The translations under genes were made by a program, and so were the position numbers. A DNA stretch of 64,000 nucleotides from Gemmatimonadales bacterium (GTDB lineage: Bacteria; Gemmatimonadota; Gemmatimonadetes; Gemmatimonadales; GWC2-71-9). The stretch is taken from positions 196,037 to 260,036 of the forward strand of contig DASWIX010000079.1 of NCBI GenBank assembly GCA_036397455.1, given 5' to 3'. Positions 61,933 through 64,000 of this stretch are shown here, one piece after another. Within the stretch, counting starts at the first letter, position 1. Each line of letters starts with the position of its first letter. The notes below the pieces were generated by a model. It saw only the letters and a program-made list of their open reading frames with translations. It was not told the origin of the DNA and searched no databases.

Positions 61933-62414
61933 ACAATCATAACACGGTGTGCCGAGGCGACCGCGTCAGGTCGGCTCGCCTTCACCTCGGAGCGTGTTGA
62001 AGACCGGGTCGGTGCCTCGTGTCCCGCACTCAGCCGCCCTCGGAGCCGGTCGGCGGTGGCGCGCTCGCGGGCGCGCATCACCGCGTGCCGCTGACTGCAG
62101 CGCGGCCAGGATGGCCTGACTCGTCAGTTCCTGCTGCCGATCGCGGTCAACGGTGGCGAATCGGTCGTCGGGCTGGAACCCGTACCGGCCGAACTGGGAG
62201 CGGTTGCCCCCCTCGATACGTCGACTTGACAGCGGAGGCCTTACAGGTGTTATGCAGCCCCGCGTAATGCAGCTACTGGGCCAGGTCATAGTTCAGTGAA
62301 CGACGCTGCAGGAAAAATCCTCGGTGATCTTGGTGCGCCGCGCGTGGCGACGCAACCTCTGGCCGGCGCCGACGCGCAGTCCAGACCGGTGGGTAGGTGG
62401 AAACCGCCATCGCC

Positions 62415-62903
62415 TCACGCGAGCGCAAGATAGGTCACCACGCCGTGCAGGAGCACGCCGGCCAGCACGGCGCCGAACACCTGCGCTCGAGGCAGCCGCG
62501 CTACCGACGCTCGGAGAACAACGACGCTCAGCGGGAGCGACAGGAGTAAGCCGGTCGTGGTTCCGGGGGAATACCGACCGAGCAGCGCGCTCGCGAGCGC
62601 GTGCAAGACTCCATTGAGGCCCAGGAGCGTCGCTACAGAGGCGACGATCCAGGCCATCTGCGGCTCCCGGAACGCAGCTAACGTCCAGAATGTGATCAGC
62701 AACAGGCCGACCGCGTTGATGAGGAGGAACCGCTCAGCGCTCACTCCGTTGCCCACAACGAAACGGGTCCACTCTGGAAACCCGCCAAACCACTCCTCCA
62801 TCTGGTGGAGAAGGAGCACGACGGGAAGCAGCAAGGCTACTCGCGGCGGAAAAGAGTCTGTATCGGCGGGCAAAGCCGGCATCCGCTCCTCGTGTGCGCT
62901 CAA
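62415..62903 (-). CDS. HXXEE-domain membrane protein
   Basis: 162 aa with 4-5 TM. Eponymous motif LLLHQMEEWFGGFPEW. Confidence 0.7.
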   Translation of the reverse strand: MSAHEERMPALPADTDSFPPRVALLLPVVLLLHQMEEWFGGFPEWTRFVVGNGVSAERFLLINAVGLLLITFWTLAAFREPQMAWIVASVATLLGLNGVLHALASALLGRYSPGTTTGLLLSLPLSVVVLRASVARLPRAQVFGAVLAGVLLHGVVTYLALA

Positions 62904-63066
62904 CGCCTGCGCTCAGCGGCGTGGTAAAAGTGGCGCGGCGGAGGCCGAACTTCCCACATCCTCCCTCTTGAGTCCAGCTCCCGACTTCTCCTACATCCTC
63001 ACCGCTCACGTTCACCCGCGGCCGGCGCAGCCGGCCGTCGGGTGCAACGCGTTGTTGGGCAGCCGG

Positions 63067-63579
63067 TCATGCCGGTTCGTACTCAAGTGACACGGTCCCG
63101 GTCTTCGGGTATAACCGATGATGGGCGAGCTTGAGCTTGACCTGCTTGGCGGGATGGGCCAGAAGCGGGATCCCGCCCCCGAGCAACACGGGAATGACAG
63201 CCACTTCGACAGAATCGACGAGCCGCAATGCGAGCATGCTGCGAAGGAGTTCCCCGCCTCCGAAGAGCCAGATGTCCTTTCCGGGCGCTCTCCGCAGGGC
63301 TGTTACCGTCTCCTCGGGACTGGAAGAGAGACGTACTCCGGGGCAGTCGTCCTCCCGGAGCGTGCGAGAAAAAACCGTGGCTTGCATGCCGGGCATTCCG
63401 CCTCCGCCGTGCTCGCGCGTAGCCTCATAGGTCTTTCGACCGAGCAAGACCGTATCGAACGCGCCCATGAGCGCGCCGAAGTCGATGTCCGGATCCACGA
63501 CGATCCAGTCGTTCTCGCCGTTCGGCCCGGCGATGTATCCGTCCAGGCTTATGGCCACGGAGAAACGAACTCTCCTCAT
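63067..63579 (-). CDS. Dihydrofolate reductase-family protein (RibD C-terminal domain)
   Basis: The start is taken at ATG 63579 (MRRVRFSVAISLDGYIAGPNGENDWIV). Also LLGRKTYE and DIWLFGGGELL. Confidence 0.85.
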   Translation of the reverse strand: MRRVRFSVAISLDGYIAGPNGENDWIVVDPDIDFGALMGAFDTVLLGRKTYEATREHGGGGMPGMQATVFSRTLREDDCPGVRLSSSPEETVTALRRAPGKDIWLFGGGELLRSMLALRLVDSVEVAVIPVLLGGGIPLLAHPAKQVKLKLAHHRLYPKTGTVSLEYEPA

Positions 63580-63683
63580 GTGCAACTCCTCTTGTCGGCC
63601 CAACGGCGTGCGGCTCACCTGCGGGCGACTTGGTCGCGGGTACCGCGATGCCGAACCTACCCCTCAACCGGCCAGCGCACAGA

Positions 63684-64000
63684 TCAACGCTTCCTTAGCA
63701 AACGTGAGCGCGCGGCGAATGCGGCCCGGAGTCGTCTCGGCCTCGCGCCGCAGCCAATTGGTGAGTGACTCTGGTCGACAAACCGATGTGACCGCGCCGC
63801 CTCGCTGGGCGACCTGCCCCCTACGCTCAGTGCGCGCACCGCTTCCGCCAGCCGCACTCGCCGGACGAATCCGCCAGGTGTCAGGCCGAACCGCTCGCGG
63901 AACGAGCGCGCCAACGTAACACGGTGGACCCGGCTTCCTCCGCTCTCAGACAACTGAACGGCTCCGACGATGTTCTGCCCCTCACCCGCGCCTGGACCTG
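63684..64000 (-). pseudogene. AraC-family transcriptional regulator, C-terminal HTH part (N-terminus outside the window), apparent 1-nt frameshift near the end
   Basis: The open frame continues to the window edge. HTH-1/2 pattern LARSFRERFGLTPGGFVRRVRLAEAVRAL...FVDQSH. The expected continuation (F)TNWLRREAETTPGRIRRAL appears only after a frame shift at about 63762-63766. In that frame the stop is at 63664-63666 instead of 63684. Confidence 0.65.

Noticed and set aside
53512-62094. Very long alternative-frame and antisense ORFs inside cgs. Examples are 58621..62094 plus strand (1157 aa), 57824..61591 minus strand (1255 aa), 53512..55710 plus strand and 55945..58104 plus strand.
   Set aside because: - Their translations are Arg/Pro/Gly/Ala-rich low-complexity strings with no motifs, as expected when high-GC coding DNA is read off-frame.
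- They are fully nested in a frame that shows coherent GT84/GH94 motifs over 2911 codons.

Overview
High-GC (about two-thirds G+C by eye) bacterial chromosomal window, densely coding, with about 50 supportable genes. The gene content points to a diderm, soil-type organism. Gemmatimonadota-like is only my guess.

- **1-23 kb, housekeeping:** trpC / lexA / trpD come first. A 14-kb co-directional array with start/stop overlaps follows: truA-tal-htrA-purB-purC-psd-pssA-purS-purQ-(zinc ribbon)-purL-purF-ppdK. Then come a Nudix hydrolase, a GT2 glycosyltransferase, an AT-rich island and a tightly packed mtgA-ligA-polX trio.
- **23-29.4 kb (minus strand):** M20 peptidase, sensor kinase and a sigma-54-dependent response regulator. 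Downstream lie a candidate -24/-12 promoter and a small membrane protein / bactofilin-like beta-barrel OMP / DUF4390-like operon.
- **29.4-30.4 kb, decayed patch:** abutting TfoX-like and DUF1330 gene remnants plus a 29-bp inverted repeat built from CGCAGAGG units.
- **30.4-45.3 kb, envelope and secreted proteins:**
  - CBM9/DUF5916 barrel, FG-GAP plus choice-of-anchor-B protein, and methyltransferase.
  - NTF2-like protein and class II amidotransferase.
  - VanZ-like protein, O-antigen-ligase-like protein, membrane-anchored SGNH protein, Tat lipoprotein and hemolysin III.
- **45.5-52.9 kb, the most interesting locus:** a Dlt-like carrier-protein-dependent acylation module. It combines a fatty-acyl-AMP ligase, a DltC-like carrier protein and an MBOAT fused to a DltD/AlgJ-like SGNH domain, all translationally coupled. 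A flavin-dependent halogenase and a SAM methyltransferase flank it. It converges on a 2911-aa cyclic beta-1,2-glucan synthase gene (53.2-61.9 kb).
- **Window end:** an HXXEE membrane protein, a RibD_C/DHFR-family reductase and a partial, apparently frameshifted AraC regulator.

I found no rRNA, tRNA, CRISPR array, transposase or integrase. All family calls rest on motif recognition by eye and no database search was possible.
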